Positions 25,629 through 38,378 are shown, counted from the stretch's first letter. The stretch: 64,000 nucleotides of DNA from the human T2T-CHM13v2.0 reference genome, Homo sapiens (GCF_009914755.1 NC_060934.1), one strand, 5' to 3'. Program-made: numbers and translations. Notes: generated from the sequence alone by a model not told the origin.

Positions 25629-28600
25629 TTTTTTTAAAATTAAGTAGTTAATTAGTAAATTAATTTTTACAATATGATTTTAGGTTCAGGGGTACATATA
25701 CAGGTTTATTATTACAGGTCAACTGTGTGTCGCGGGGGTTTGGTGTACAGATTGTTTTATCACCCAGGTAATTAGCAGAGTATTCCATAGGTCATTTTTT
25801 GATCCTCACCCTCCTCCCACCCTCCACCCTCAAGTAGGCCCTGGTGTCAGTTGTTCCCTTCTTTGTGTCCATATGTACTCAATGTTTGCTTCCACTAAGT
25901 GAGAACATGTGGTATTTTGTTTTCTGTTCCTGTGTTAGTTTCCTTACAATAATGGCCTCCAGTTCCATTCATGTTGCTGCTGAGGACATGAGCTCATTCT
26001 CTTTTATGGCTGTGTAGTACTCCGTGGTGTATATGTACCACATTTTCTTTATCCAGTCTATCATTAATGGGCATTTAGGTTGATTCCATGTCTTTGCTAC
26101 TGTGAATAGTGCTGTGATTAACATACATGTGCATGTGACTTTATGATAGAACAATCTATATCCTTCGGGTATACGCCAAGTAATGGAAATTAAACAACCT
26201 GCTCCTGAATGACTTTTGGGTAAATCATGAAATTAAGGCAGAAATCAAGAAATTCTTTGAAACTAATGAAGACAAAGATACAACATACCAGAATCTCTGG
26301 GACACAGCTAAGACAGTGTTAATGGGGATGTTTATAACACTAAACTCCCACATCAAAAAGAAAGATCTCAAGTTAATATCACAACTGAAAAAAATAGAGA
26401 AATAAGAGCAAACCAATCCCAAAGCTAGCAGAAGAAAAGAAATAACCAAAATCAGAGGTGCACTGAAGGACATTGAGACATGAGAAATCATGCAAAAGAT
26501 CAACAAATTCAGTAGTTTATTCTTTTAAATAATTAATAAGATAGATTGACTGCTGGCTAGAATAACAAAGAAAAAAAGAGAGAAGATCTGAATAAACACA
26601 ATCAGAAATGACAAAGGAGGACATTACCACTGACCCCACAGAAATAGAAAAAATCCTCAGAGACTACTACGAATACCTATATGCACATAAGCTAGAAAAC
26701 CTAGAAGAAATGGGTAAATTCCTAGAAACATAAAACCTGCCAAGATTGAATCAGGAAGAAATTGAATCCTTGAATAGACTGTATTAGTTTGTTTTCATGC
26801 TGCTGATAAAGACATACACGAAACTGGAAACAAAAAAACTTTCATTGGACTTACAGTTCCACATGGCTGGGGAGGCTTCAGAATCATGGTGGGAGTTGAA
26901 AGGCACTTCTTACATGGCAGTGGCAAGAGAAAAATGAGGAAGAAGCAAAAACGGAACCCCCCGATAAACCCATCAGATCTCGTGAGACTTATTCACTATC
27001 ACAAGAATAGCGTGGGAAAGACTGACCCCCATGATTCACTTACCTCCCCCTGGGTCCCTCCCACAACACATGGAAGTTCTGGGAGATACAATTCAAGTTG
27101 AGATTAGGGTGGGGACACAGCCATACCATATCATTCCACCCCTCATGTCCTCACATTTCAAAACCAATCATGCCTTCCTAATAGTCCCCCAAAGTCTTAA
27201 CTCATTTCAGCATTAACTCAAAGTCCACAGTCTGAAGTTTCATCTGAGACAAGGCAAGTCCCTTCCGCCTATGAGCCTGTAAAATCGAAAGCAAGCTAGT
27301 TACTTCCTAGATACAATGCGGGTACAGGTATTGGGTAAATACAGCCATTCCATGTGGGAGAAATTGGCCAAAACAAAGGGGTTACAGGACCCATGGAAGT
27401 CTGAAATCCAGCAGGGCAAATTTTAAAGCTCCAAAATGATCTCCTTTGCCTCCAAGTCTCACATCCAGGTGATGTTGATGCAAGAGGTGGATTCCCATGG
27501 TCTTGGGCAGCTCCACACCTGTGGCTTTGCAGGCTACAGCCTCCCTCCTGGCTGCTTTCATGGGCTGGCCTTGAGTGTCTGTGGCTTTTCCAGGCGCAAA
27601 GTGCAAGCTGTTGGTGGATCTACCAATCTGGGTTCTGGAGGACAGCAATGACCCTCTTCTCACAGCTCCACTAGGTAGTGCCCCAGTAGGGACTCAGTGT
27701 GGGGGCTCTGACCCCACCTTTCCCTTTTGCACTGCCCTAGCAGATGTTCTCCATGAGGGCCCCACCCCTGCAGCAAACTTTTACCTGGGCATCCAGGCAT
27801 TTCCATACATCTTCTGAAATCTAGTGGAGGTTCCCTAACCTCAATTCTTGACTTCTGTGCACCCGCAGGCTCAACACCACATGGAAGCTGCCAAGTCTTG
27901 GGGCTTCCACCCTCCAAAGCCACAGCCTGAGCTCTATGTTGGCCCCTTTCAGCCACAGCTGGAGTAGCTGGGACACAGGGCCCCAAGTCCCTAGGCTGCA
28001 CACAGCAGGGGGACCCTGGGCCTGGCCCACAAAACAACTTTTTCCTCCTGGGCCTCTAAGCCTGTGTTGGGGGGAGCTGCTGTGAAGGTTTCTGACATGG
28101 TCTGGAGACATTTTCCCCATGGTCTTGGGGATAACATTAGGCTCCTTTCTACTTATGCAAATTTCTGCAGCCAGCTTGAATTTCTCCTCAAAAAATTGTT
28201 TTTTCTTTTCTACTGCATCATCAGACTACAAATTTTCTGAACTTTTATGCTGTTTCCCTTTTAAAATATAATGCTTTTAACAGCACCCACATCACCTTTT
28301 GCATGCTTTGTTGCTTAGAAATTTCTTCCACCAAATACCCTAAATCATCTCTCTCAAGTTCAAAGTTCCACAAATCTATGGCAGGGGCCAAATGCGGCCT
28401 GTCTCTTTGTTAAAACTAACAAGAGTCACCTTTGTTCCAGTTCCCAACAAGTTCCTCATCTCCATCTGAGACCACCTCAGCCTGGACCTTATTGTTCATA
28501 TCACTATCAGCATTTTTGTCAAAGCCATTCAACAAGTCTGTAGGAGGTTCCAAACTTTCCCACATTTTCCTGTCTTCTTCTGAGCCCTCCGAATTGTTCC

Positions 28601-29280
28601 AATCTCTGCCTGTTACCCAGTTCCAAAGTCACTTCCACATTTTCGGATATCTTTACAGCAACATCCCAGTCTATTGGTACCGAGTTACTGTATTAGTCTT
28701 TTCTCATGCTGCTGATAAAGACATACCTGAGACTGGGAACAAAAAGAGGTTTAATTGGACTTACAGTTCCACATGGCTGGGGAGGCTTCAGAATCACGGT
28801 GGGAGGCGAAAGGCACTTCTTACATGGTGGTGGCAAGAGAAAAATGAGGAAGAAGCAAAAGCAGAAACCCCTGATAATCCCATCAGATCTCATGAGACTT
28901 ATTCACTATCATGCAAATAGCACAGGAAAGATTGGTCCCCATGATTCAATTACCTCCCCTAGGTCCCTCCCTCAACATGTGGGAATTCCGGGAGATACAA
29001 TTCAAGTTGAGATTTGGGTGGGGACACAGCCAAACCATTTTATAGACCAATAATGAGTTCTGAAATTGAATCAATGATAAAAAGCCTACCAACCAGAAAA
29101 GGCCCAGGATCCGACAGATTCACAGCCGAATTCTACCAGACGTATAAAAAGAGCTGTTACCATTCCTACTGAAACTACTCCAAAAAAATTGAGGAGGAGG
29201 GACTCCCCCCCTAACTCATTCTATGAGCCAAGCATCATCTTAATACCAAAACCTGACAAAGGCACAACCAAAAAAGAAAA
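25629..29280 (-). mobile_element. 5'-inverted L1PA (L1PA15/16-like), interrupted by THE1A
   Basis: Antisense 3' end 25629-~26186; sense ORF2 segment ~26186-26779 and 29043-29280; exact 15-bp TSD CTTGCTGACAGTTTC at 25614-25628 and 29281-29295. Confidence 0.9.
26780..29042 (-). mobile_element. full-length THE1A MaLR retrotransposon (LTR-int-LTR)
   Basis: Two 354-bp LTRs (26780-27133, 28689-29042) matching reverse-complement THE1A; ~1.55-kb internal region; 5-bp TSD TAGAC at 26775-26779 and 29043-29047. Confidence 0.93.
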
Positions 29281-29872
29281 CTTGCTGACAGTTTCACTGC
29301 ATTCCACAGTATTGCATTTCCCTCCTAGTGGGAGAACAATTTCCCCTTTGGGATGGAAATTCTGCATTCTGATGGAAGAGAGAAAAGGCAACCTGTTTGC
29401 TCAGCTCTGGTGAGAACACTTAGTTTCAGATGCCTGGACTTGCTGGACCGATGTACACATATTGCAAATGGTCCCCAGCCTAATGGCCCTGCCAGTGTCT
29501 CCTACAGGGTGGAGATGACAGTTGATTTTAGAGGTTCCCGGAAACAGGTGCACATGGTAAGGAAAATACTCTCTTTTCATCCTTCTCTGGAATTTTCTAA
29601 TCAAGTTGAGGAAAAAGGCTCAGTTTGTGCTAACATGTCTTTAACACCTTTCTAACATTTCTTAACACGATTTTGTTTGTTTCTATTTTTAAGCACAGGG
29701 AGGAGGCCTCAGGTCAGAGTGCTCCTGCTCCTCGGGTAGCCCATCCATCTAGCAGTTTTAGTTTTCTTTGTACGGCTACTTTATGGTTAATAAAGCCACT
29801 TTGCAAAATTATAAAGTTTCTAAAGAAATTATGAAAATAGTGTCACTGTATTAGACAAATGAAAACAATAGT

Positions 29873-30000
29873 GGCTGAGGCAGAAGAACTGCTTGAACCC
29901 GGGAGGCGGAGGTTGCAGTGAGCTGAGATCACACCTCTGCACTCCAGCCTGGGCCACAGAGTGAGACTCTGTCTCAAAACAAAAAAAGGAAAAAAAAGTA
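29873..30000 (+). mobile_element. 5'-truncated Alu (right-arm 3' half)
   Basis: GGCTGAGGCAGAAGAACTGCTTGAACCCGGGAGGCGGAGG...GTCTC plus A-rich tail; degenerate TSD GAAAACAATAGT / GAAAAAAAGTAGT. Confidence 0.88.
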
Positions 30001-30683
30001 GAAAAAAAGTAGTTACCCATTTTACTATAAAATTTTGATGCCTTTTTTTAAGTACAAAAATGGAAATCATATTCCTAGTATCCTTCTGTTTTCTTCCCTC
30101 ACTAATATAATAGCATACCTATTTACATGGTATCACAAGTGCTTTATAAACATGGCATTAATGGCTTAGTTCTTTTTTGATTATAAAATTAAAATGTAGA
30201 AAGGTCAAATAAGAACCTAAGAATAAAAGAAGTAAGAATAATACAATTACTTAAAGAATGTCACTGTAAGGGTTTTAAAGCTTTTCTTTTTCTTTTTATT
30301 CTTTTTCTTATGTGTGTTTATAATATGTACATTTAATTTTTTAAAAATTGAATCACACAATTTTACAGTAACAGTTTTCATGTGCTTAGTATTTTATTCT
30401 ATTTTTTTACATGTATGTGCCATAAAACTTTGGATTATTTGGTTTGGTTAGCGCCCCTAAAAAAATTGTCAGTCCAAAAGGTGAGTGTTTCTTAAATTAT
30501 ATATCATACGTTATATATGACTAAATTGTTTCCTAAAAAAAGTGTGTCGATTTATTTTCCCACAAGCAAAATATGAAAGTTTATTACAGCCTCTTCAGTG
30601 TTTGGAGCTCTTATTCATGAGATTTCTACTACTTTTATAGGCAAAATGTTTTATTTTTAGTTTTTCAATTCGCATTTTTTTAA

Positions 30684-31393
30684 AATTTTATTATTATTAT
30701 ACTTTAAGTTTTAGGGTACATGTGCACAATGTGCAGGTTAGTTACATATGTACACATGTGCCATGCTAGTGTGCTGCACCCATTAACTCGTCATTTAGCA
30801 TTAGGTATATCTCCTAATGCTATCCCTCCCCCCTCCCCCCACCCCACAACAGTCCCCAGAGTGTGATGTTCCCCTTCCTGTGTCCATGTGTACTCATTGT
30901 TCAATTCTCACCTATGAGCGAGAACATGCGGTGTTTGGTTTTTTGTCCTTGCGATAGCTTACTGAGAATGATGATTTCCAATTTCATCCATGTCCCTACA
31001 AAGGACATGAACTCATCATTTTTTTTTGGCTGCATAGTATTCCATGGTGTATATGTGCCACATTTTCTTAATCCAGTCTATCATTGTTGGACATTTGGGT
31101 TGGTTCCAAGTCTTTGCTATTGTGAATAGTGCCGCTATAAACATACGTGTGCATGTGTCTTTATAGCAGCATGATTTATAGTCCTTTGGGTATATACCCA
31201 GTAATGGGATGGCTGGGTCAAATGGTATTTCTAGTTCTAGATCCCTGAGGAATCGCCACACTGACTTCCACAATGGTTGAACTAGTTTACAGTCCCACCA
31301 ACAGTGTAAAAGTGTTCCTATTTCTCCACATCCTCTCCAGCACCTGTTGTTTCCTGACTTTTTAATGATTGCCATTCTAACTGGTGTGAGATG
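30684..31393 (-). mobile_element. 5'-truncated young L1 (L1PA3-like)
   Basis: Antisense 3' UTR with GGTTAGTTAC and GATGATTTCCAATTTC; ORF 31016-31408 translates to the ORF2p C-terminus ([20 protein letters not shown]); TSD GCATTTTTT(T)AA at ~30672 and ~31395. Confidence 0.92.
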
Positions 31394-31856
31394 AGCATTT
31401 TTTAACAACTACTGTGGCTGGCCCTTTTCCTTGTCTGTATAGTTTCTCCTTTCTGATTTGTGCAAATACTATGGGTCCTTGGTGGGCATTTCATGTCAGG
31501 AGCTTGGGGTTTGTCTCAGCTGTTATTGTGAGGAAGGTGAGGTCTTGGAAGATACCATGAGTGCAGGGAGCTGCCTTTGGCTTCATCATATTTCATGTCA
31601 CCAGTGGGCGGCCATGACCTAAGCAATGACCTATTCATCTAGAGTCTCAGGTGCCAGGAAGTTCAAGCCATAATTCTTTGGTACCCTAAGAAAGACAAAG
31701 ATTAGAAGTAAGAACAAAAGGTAAGTGAGCAAGAGAGACAGATTTGCAGGCTGATAAAAGTTTATCAAAACAAACAAATCCCTATAACAGAAAAAAATCC
31801 ATATTCTAGGATATGTCAGGATTGGAAGAGGTTCACCCCCAAACCCAGCATATTCT

Positions 31857-32097
31857 TTTTTTATATATACTTTAAGTTCTAGGGTACATGTGCACAACGT
31901 GCAGGTTTGTTACATATGTATACATGTGCCATGTTGGTGTGCTGCACCCATTGACTCGTCATTTACATTAGGTATTTCTCCTAATGCTATCCCTCCCCCA
32001 TCCCCCCACCCCACAACAGGCCCCAGTGTGTGATGTTCCCCACCCTGTGTCCAAGTGTTCTCATTGTTCAATTCCCACCTATGAGTGAGAACATGCG
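31857..32097 (-). mobile_element. 241-bp L1PA (L1PA5-like) 3' stub
   Basis: Antisense L1 3' UTR; 17-bp TSD CAAACCCAGCATATTCT (31840-31856) / CAAACCCAGAATATTCT (32098-32114). Confidence 0.92.
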
Positions 32098-32129
32098 CAA
32101 ACCCAGAATATTCTAAAGAGACAAAGTGG

Positions 32130-32360
32130 AACTAGATGGTGTGTAGACAGACCTGGATTAGAACCCTGACAAGCTGTATTAGAAACCATCAAGTTGTGCA
32201 AAGCGGGACAGGTTTCTCCACTTGAATCCAGTCTCTGCATCTGTAAAATGGGCAAGTGTGCCCTTCCTTTCAGAACTTCAGATGATTAAGTCAAACAGTG
32301 TTCATTAAATAGATAAAACCAAGGCTGGCACATACAGGCATTCAGTAAACAAGAGCTTAA
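32130..32360 (+). mobile_element. MIR
   Basis: CAGTCTCTGCATCTGTAAAATGGG...GCTGGCACATACAGGCATTCAGTAAA. Confidence 0.6.
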
Positions 32361-32790
32361 AAAATTTCCACATCCAGGATTTTGTGGTATTAATGATAAG
32401 GAAGATGAATGGGAGGGATGATACATTTTGAAGGGTGTTCTGAATTATGGAAATAAAAGAGAGCCAGTTGCATCTTTTACCAAAGGTACAACTTTCAGTA
32501 TAAATATCTTTATTGTATTTCAATACTTGAACAAATTGGTGAGACACTGATATTAGAATTTTATACTCTCAGGAGCATTCAATTTCCCCATCACTGATGA
32601 AAGTAGGCATTTCAATATTTACTACAAATTGGCTAGAATTTTCAGGAGTTGGTTTATCACTAAGTGAAAATAACAGCACTTAGTTTTCCTGAAACCCAAG
32701 AAAAAATCATTTTTCTAAAGTCTTGTCTTTTTAATAGTTGTGCTGTGAAGTAGTTTTTATTAGTGGTTGGGTTTTGTTAAGGGGAAGGAA

Positions 32791-33083
32791 TTTTTTTTCT
32801 TTTTTGAGACGGAGACTTGCTCTGTCACCAGGCTGGCATGCAGTGGTGCGACCTCGGCTCACTGCAAGCTCTGACTCCTGGGTTCAAGCGATTCTCCTGC
32901 CTCAGCCTCCTGAGTAGTTGGGACTACAGGCACATGTGACCACGCCCGACTAATTTTTGTATTTTGGTAGAGACAGGGTTTCACCATGTTGGCCAGGATG
33001 GTCTCGATCTCTTGACCTCATGATCCACCCGCCTCAGCCTCCCAAAGTGCTGGGATTACAGGCATGAGCCACTGTGCCCGGCC
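32791..33083 (-). mobile_element. AluSc-like
   Basis: Antisense Alu with TGTCACCAGGCTGG and CAGGATGGTCTCGATCTCTTGACCTCATGATCC (Sc-type deletions). Confidence 0.9.
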
Positions 33084-34039
33084 AGGATGGTTTTTCTAAG
33101 GCAGTATCCTCCCTCCCTCAACACACATACACTTAATCCTGGAGAGTCCCCGAAGTCAGGACAACACAAGGACACTGGGTAATGCCACTTGAGGCAGAGT
33201 GAGAGGCATCACAGAGCTCAAGGGACATGCTGAGGGAGGCCATCCCAGCAGTGCTGAAATTCTGCTACCTGGCAGACATGCTAACTGTAGCATCCAAAGA
33301 GCCCGCTTCCCTTCTCAGTCACCTTCCTTCCCATCCAGAATGAAAAAGCATGGAAATGACTGATGACTGACACCGTATGTATGGGAGGCTGGAAAGAAGG
33401 AGGCAGGGGAATTTGGAGGGAGGAGTGGAGGAGCGGGTTTAGTTTTTAGTGGCTATTTGTGTATATATGTCAATGGCTGGGTGCGGGATGGTGGTGGTGA
33501 GACAGAATATGTTTCCTGAAAAGCTGGGCCGTGAGTAGAAGACAACAGAAGGGCCTGGCTCAACTCCCCACCTGCCTGGGGTGCTGTGTGGGTGGAAGGT
33601 CTGGCTGGGGTTCAAAGGCAAGGACAGCTGTGGTCACCCCTATGGATTCCTCCTCAGTGTGTGCTCAGTCTGCCATGGGTGAGGTATTAATGGGGCTAGC
33701 GTTTGTCAGACTCAGTGGAGTCACTCAACTGATACCGTCTTGGAACCTGCTGTGTGCCAAACCTTGTGCTGCAGGCTGAGGGCACAAGAGGTAGGACCTG
33801 GTGTGGGCACAAACAGAGATACACAAATCAAGCGCACTGAGATGGGGCACCCCACAGAGTGCACACCGTGGACAAGGGTGCCCACAGATGGGACGATTGC
33901 CTCTGCAGGGAGTCAGCAGGGGTTTCACGGAAGACAGGGTGGAGTCAATGAGTCTCTAAACGGGAACTGCCATTTCCCAAGAAGCTGGGAGGGGCTGACA
34001 TCCCTCCTCTCTGCACTGTGAAGGACTTAGTTTTGCATA

Positions 34040-34440
34040 GCCTCATGGGTGAGAGATCTAGCTCTGGAAACAGATGGAGCTGGGTCAGGATTTTGGGGGC
34101 TCTGTCACTCATTGTGTGACCTTGAGCTAATGACTTAACCCCTTCAAGCCTCAGTTTCCTTACCTGTAAATTGGGAAAATAATACTCTCTACCTTGTAGG
34201 GTTATTTTAAAAGTTCTATATGGAAATTGAAGTGTGATGTATATCACACAGTAATTATATTGGCATTTATATAGTATAATAAATATAGTATATTATATGA
34301 TCAATGAAACAGTCATGACTCTGGTTCTGCCACAAACCATGCAAGTTACTTCACTTCTTTGGGTCTGACCCTTCATTCGTAAAATGGGTACCTTGGACTA
34401 AGTTACCACCAAGCTTCTTTCTGGCTTGAACATCCTATGA
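34040..34440 (+). mobile_element. two MIR fragments
   Basis: TGTGTGACCTTGAGC...GCCTCAGTTTCCTTACCTGTAAATTGGG and GCAAGTTACTTCACTTCTTTGGG...GTAAAATGGG. Confidence 0.75.
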
Positions 34441-35899
34441 CATACTGCTTTGTAGTATTGACTATCTTCTTATGTAGACCTTTTCCCTGATAGATGCTCT
34501 TTGAACCTTTGCAACGCCTAGAACACTGCATTGCTCATAGTTGCTGCTTAATAAATGTGACTTGAGTGATCATCATGAATTTTCCATTTGCTTAAATACT
34601 ACATGACCATAAATATGGCTTTTGTTTAAGGGTTTCTTAAGACATATATGAAACTTCAGCTTTTCAAACATCTTTCACATGACTGAAAATGACATGTAGC
34701 TTTTAACTTGAAGAGTCTCACATAAGTCAATATTTTCAGGGCAGACAGACACAGGAAAAATGCTTGTTTCTGGCACCCTGAGCTGCATGTGGGTGGGGAG
34801 AGCAGAAATGTGACTTTCTTGGTGGTGCTGGGTGTTCGTTCTTGATGATTCACAACAGCACCTTGGGTAGCAGCTGGCATCCCTCCTCTCTGCACTGTGA
34901 GGGAAGTGATTCTCTGCTCCCTAGCTTTTGCCCCAGTCCACTTATTTGCCTTTTTAGTTCAATGTGAAGGTGTTTCAGGCTATAAAGAACTATCCTATGG
35001 TTCATGGGCATTACCAATCCACATTTCTATGTTCTTGGCCATGCATCTTCAATAAGAAAGATCCTATCGCCAAATGCTTTCAAAAGAAGCAATCTCAGTA
35101 AATGAATTATGCTCTAATAAAAAATTGATGGGATATAATATCTGAATTAGGAGATCTGAAGAAGCACATGAGAAGAAGAATAAAGTTCTAATGGTTGCTA
35201 TTGTTCAGGCAGTGCCCTTCCCAGATCTTCCATCAGCCGACACAGAGCTGGAGGGCCCTTTATTTAAATGTTCTGAGTCACCGACACGGCCTCCACTATG
35301 TTTGTAGGTAGATGAAAAATGCCTTCTATTAATGAGTGTTCTTGGACTTAATTAAAATTGATACCACTTTCCTCTTAATAAGAACAGAAAATGGTCCCAA
35401 ATTTGAATCTGTTCTCGTGAAGAAGATAGCATCAAGAACTGGGAATGAAACAAATGCAATTTTTTTCTCATTACAACATTCACATTTTGACCTCAAGGAC
35501 TTTCTTAGGGCCCTATTCTTCGTTCCCTCCTCCCAGCCACTGCTTTTACTGTGCAAAGCAATGGTACAATTTTTCCCTCTTGAAAAAGAAGTCGTTGCCC
35601 CGACGTCTTGAGTTGTCTGTGGGGCTCCAGGGCATCCTCTAAGTCCCTAAATAGGTTGAGTTGAACAACTCTGCAGTAGGTGAGAAAATATTCTGCCATT
35701 CACGGGATGTGATTTTGCATAAAATGGCTACTGAAGAATCCTATATAGAAGCAAGAATAGGATGCATTTCTACCTGCTGGTGGCCACATTGGCAGTTGCT
35801 GCATTGGGCTCACCTGGAATTTTGGGTTATGATGATACTGCATCCGTTGGCTTTAAGTAAAAGAGGGAGGGGTGAGGCGAAACCCACCAAAATCCCTAA

Positions 35900-36850
35900 A
35901 ACCTTTTCGACATCTGTAATGTCCCATTTGTGCCAACCAGAACCTAACGCCCGTGATCTGCTCAACAGGCAGGTGATGACATGCTTTTTGGGTACGATAT
36001 ATACACCAGGCCATTAGTCTGCAAGCAGCAGTTGTCAGCTTTGTTCCCATTTAGAGTAATTTTCTCACTAATATAGCATATTCTTCAGGGATAAAATGCA
36101 TTTTCCAGCCAGATACTCCCCCTAATAGTGAAGTTGGTTTAATGATCGGATTTCAGCCAAGGAAGGTAAGCCTGCGATTGCCGCTGGTTGTATATTGAAG
36201 CTACCAAAAATGAAAAGGCTTATTTTAAAACACATTCATATGAGCCGGCAAAACCCTCTCCTTTCCAGATTAATGAAGCTTATTTGAGGGGAAACATAGG
36301 CACGAATTTAAGAGCTAAGTAAGGTACTTAGAACCTTTTGGTGCAAAGCCACATATAGGCATATATTTTTGAACTGTGATGATGGATGTAGGGTTTTAAT
36401 AGGGGAGAATGATGACCGGCAAGCTACAGAGAGGCGGGTATCTTCAGGCCAACCCTCCCTGAAATGACAACATATGATGATTTTTTTTTCCTTCCATGTG
36501 TAGGCCTTGAATATTCAAATCAATTAAACAATTAATTCTCACCCTGCAAACTTGCACGTCAAGCCTCAGCCTGTGGCCAATTTATTTGGTTGAATTATAA
36601 CCCCCCTGAAAAGCAGCGGTTCCTAATGGAAAAGCTGACGGAGTCTTAAGTACACGTGGTGAGTGGAGCTGCTATAATTAACTCTGCTTTGAAACCCACC
36701 CCCCCATTAATATTTTACAGATTTTTAGTTAAAATAATTACATGAATTTATGAAAAATACTCAAGCACCTAAAGTACTTCTACTGTGCCCCAATTTCAGG
36801 GTTTCCCTTCCTGGCTGTCACTTGGGTATATGCGTTTCTACCCTGGTGAT
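35900..36850. promoter_or_regulatory. candidate conserved enhancer block
   Basis: Repeat-free, many TAAT/ATTA cores, AAATCAAT, CACGTG, CTTTGAA, retained CpGs. Confidence 0.4.
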
Positions 36851-37116
36851 TATCACCCGGGTCCCAGCTGGTGGGGAAACATTTATTTCCAAAATGGAGA
36901 CCTCCTTCTCCTTTCTCCTTTGTAATCTCAGTAATAGGGACTGCATGTCCACAACTGGCCTTCTGGTTAACATGGACGGTTCTTTTCTTTTTCTCTTCTG
37001 TTTCCCCTTTCTCTGTCTCCCCTCCTTATCTTCTCCTGGGATAATGCTCCCCAGACAAAGCCCCTTCCTTGGAAGGGCCAAAGGTTCCTTCCTTGGCAAG
37101 GCAAGGCAGTCTAGTG

Positions 37117-37442
37117 CAGGGGTCAGCAAACTTCCCCTGTACAAAGCCAGCAAGGAAATAATTGAAGCTTTGTGGGCCCTGCAGTCTCTAAAAGCATGCT
37201 CACCTCTGCTGCCACAGCACAAAAGCAGCTGTTGAGAAAATGTCAGTGAGTGGACACAGTTGTATTCTAATAAAACTTTATTTATGGTCAGAAATGGAAT
37301 GTTTACATGTCAAAGAATATTCTTCTTTTTATTTTTTTGTGACCATTCACAGATATAAAAATGATTCTTAGCCTCGCCAGCCCTTACAAAGCATGCAGCA
37401 GGCTGGGTTTGGCCCCTGGGACTGTTAGTTTGGCAACCCCTG
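37117..37442 (+). mobile_element. MER58B (hAT-Charlie)
   Basis: TIRs CAGGGGTCAGCAAACT / AGTTTGGCAACCCCTG; internal CTAATAAAACTTTATTTATGG; inserted at GTCTAGTG in the head of a MIR that continues to ~37690. Confidence 0.82.
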
Positions 37443-38331
37443 GTGCAGTTGATTGATTAAGAACAGAGCTCTTTGTCTGGAGTCAGATTTGGTGGGTTTC
37501 TGTTCTGACTCTTGCAACTTTCTATCCATGTGACTGGACCAGTGATTGATCTTTTCTGAGCCTCAGCCTCCCCGTGTCTAACAGGGTGATGATGACAGTG
37601 GTACTCGCCTCCCAGTCTGGCTGTGATGACTTACGAAAAGCATGCAGCACAGTGCCGGGCACACCAGAAAGTAACAATGTAAGTGCTCACTGAGGGGATA
37701 TCTCTCCTTGGTTCTGGCGTTAACTTGCTGTGTGATGTTGGACAAGTAACTTGACATTTCCAGACCTAGATCCCTGAATTATTAGAAGAGACAAAAGACA
37801 AAAACCCTCCAAAAACCCAGGCTTGATCTAGAATACGCAGGGGCCGCATCTGGCCCAAGGGGACCTGATTTCCCCTAGGATGAGTATCTCATTAATTGGC
37901 CTCAGGATGGTGGGACCTGGAGGGCTTTTGCTTCCTGGTATGTTCCAGTTCTGCAATTGTTGATGGAATATGCCCTGAACGTAGGCTCTCGAGACAAGCT
38001 GTTATCTCATTACTCCCTGGGAGGAAGAACTCCCTGTCCTTTCGTTTTGGGGACTGGCCCCCCTTGGTGAGGACTTCTAGTGCTGCAGGTATCTGGTGGC
38101 CCATTTACTGTCCTCACCAGCCCTGTGTGGAGGCTGCTTCAGCTTCATGTTGTGCACAAGAAAATAAACTCAGAGAGATGAAGACTGACCCCAAAACACT
38201 AGTTGATTTGAACCAAGGTAATCTTGACTCCGAAACCCAAACTTCAGTCATTCTCTTTATGATTGTTGCCCTGTCTATATAGCATCTGTTCTATTGCCTA
38301 CTAAATATTTTAAAATGAACTCACTATTTGT

Positions 38332-38378
38332 ATTACTTTTAAATGGCAAAAACCACAATTACTTTTGCACCAACCTAA
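38332..38378. mobile_element. half MADE1 (Hsmar1-derived MITE)
   Basis: ATTACTTTTAAATGGCAAAAACCACAATTACTTTTGCACCAACCTAA equals the right half of MADE1, with one TIR. Confidence 0.88.

Noticed and set aside
27382-28920. Several 70-160 aa ORFs in the THE1A internal region
   Set aside because: Fragmented MaLR internal/LTR sequence with no continuous frame.
31016-31408. 130-aa ORF with a Cys/His motif
   Set aside because: It is the L1 ORF2p C-terminus of a 5'-truncated L1PA3, disrupted at a poly-T run; not a host gene.
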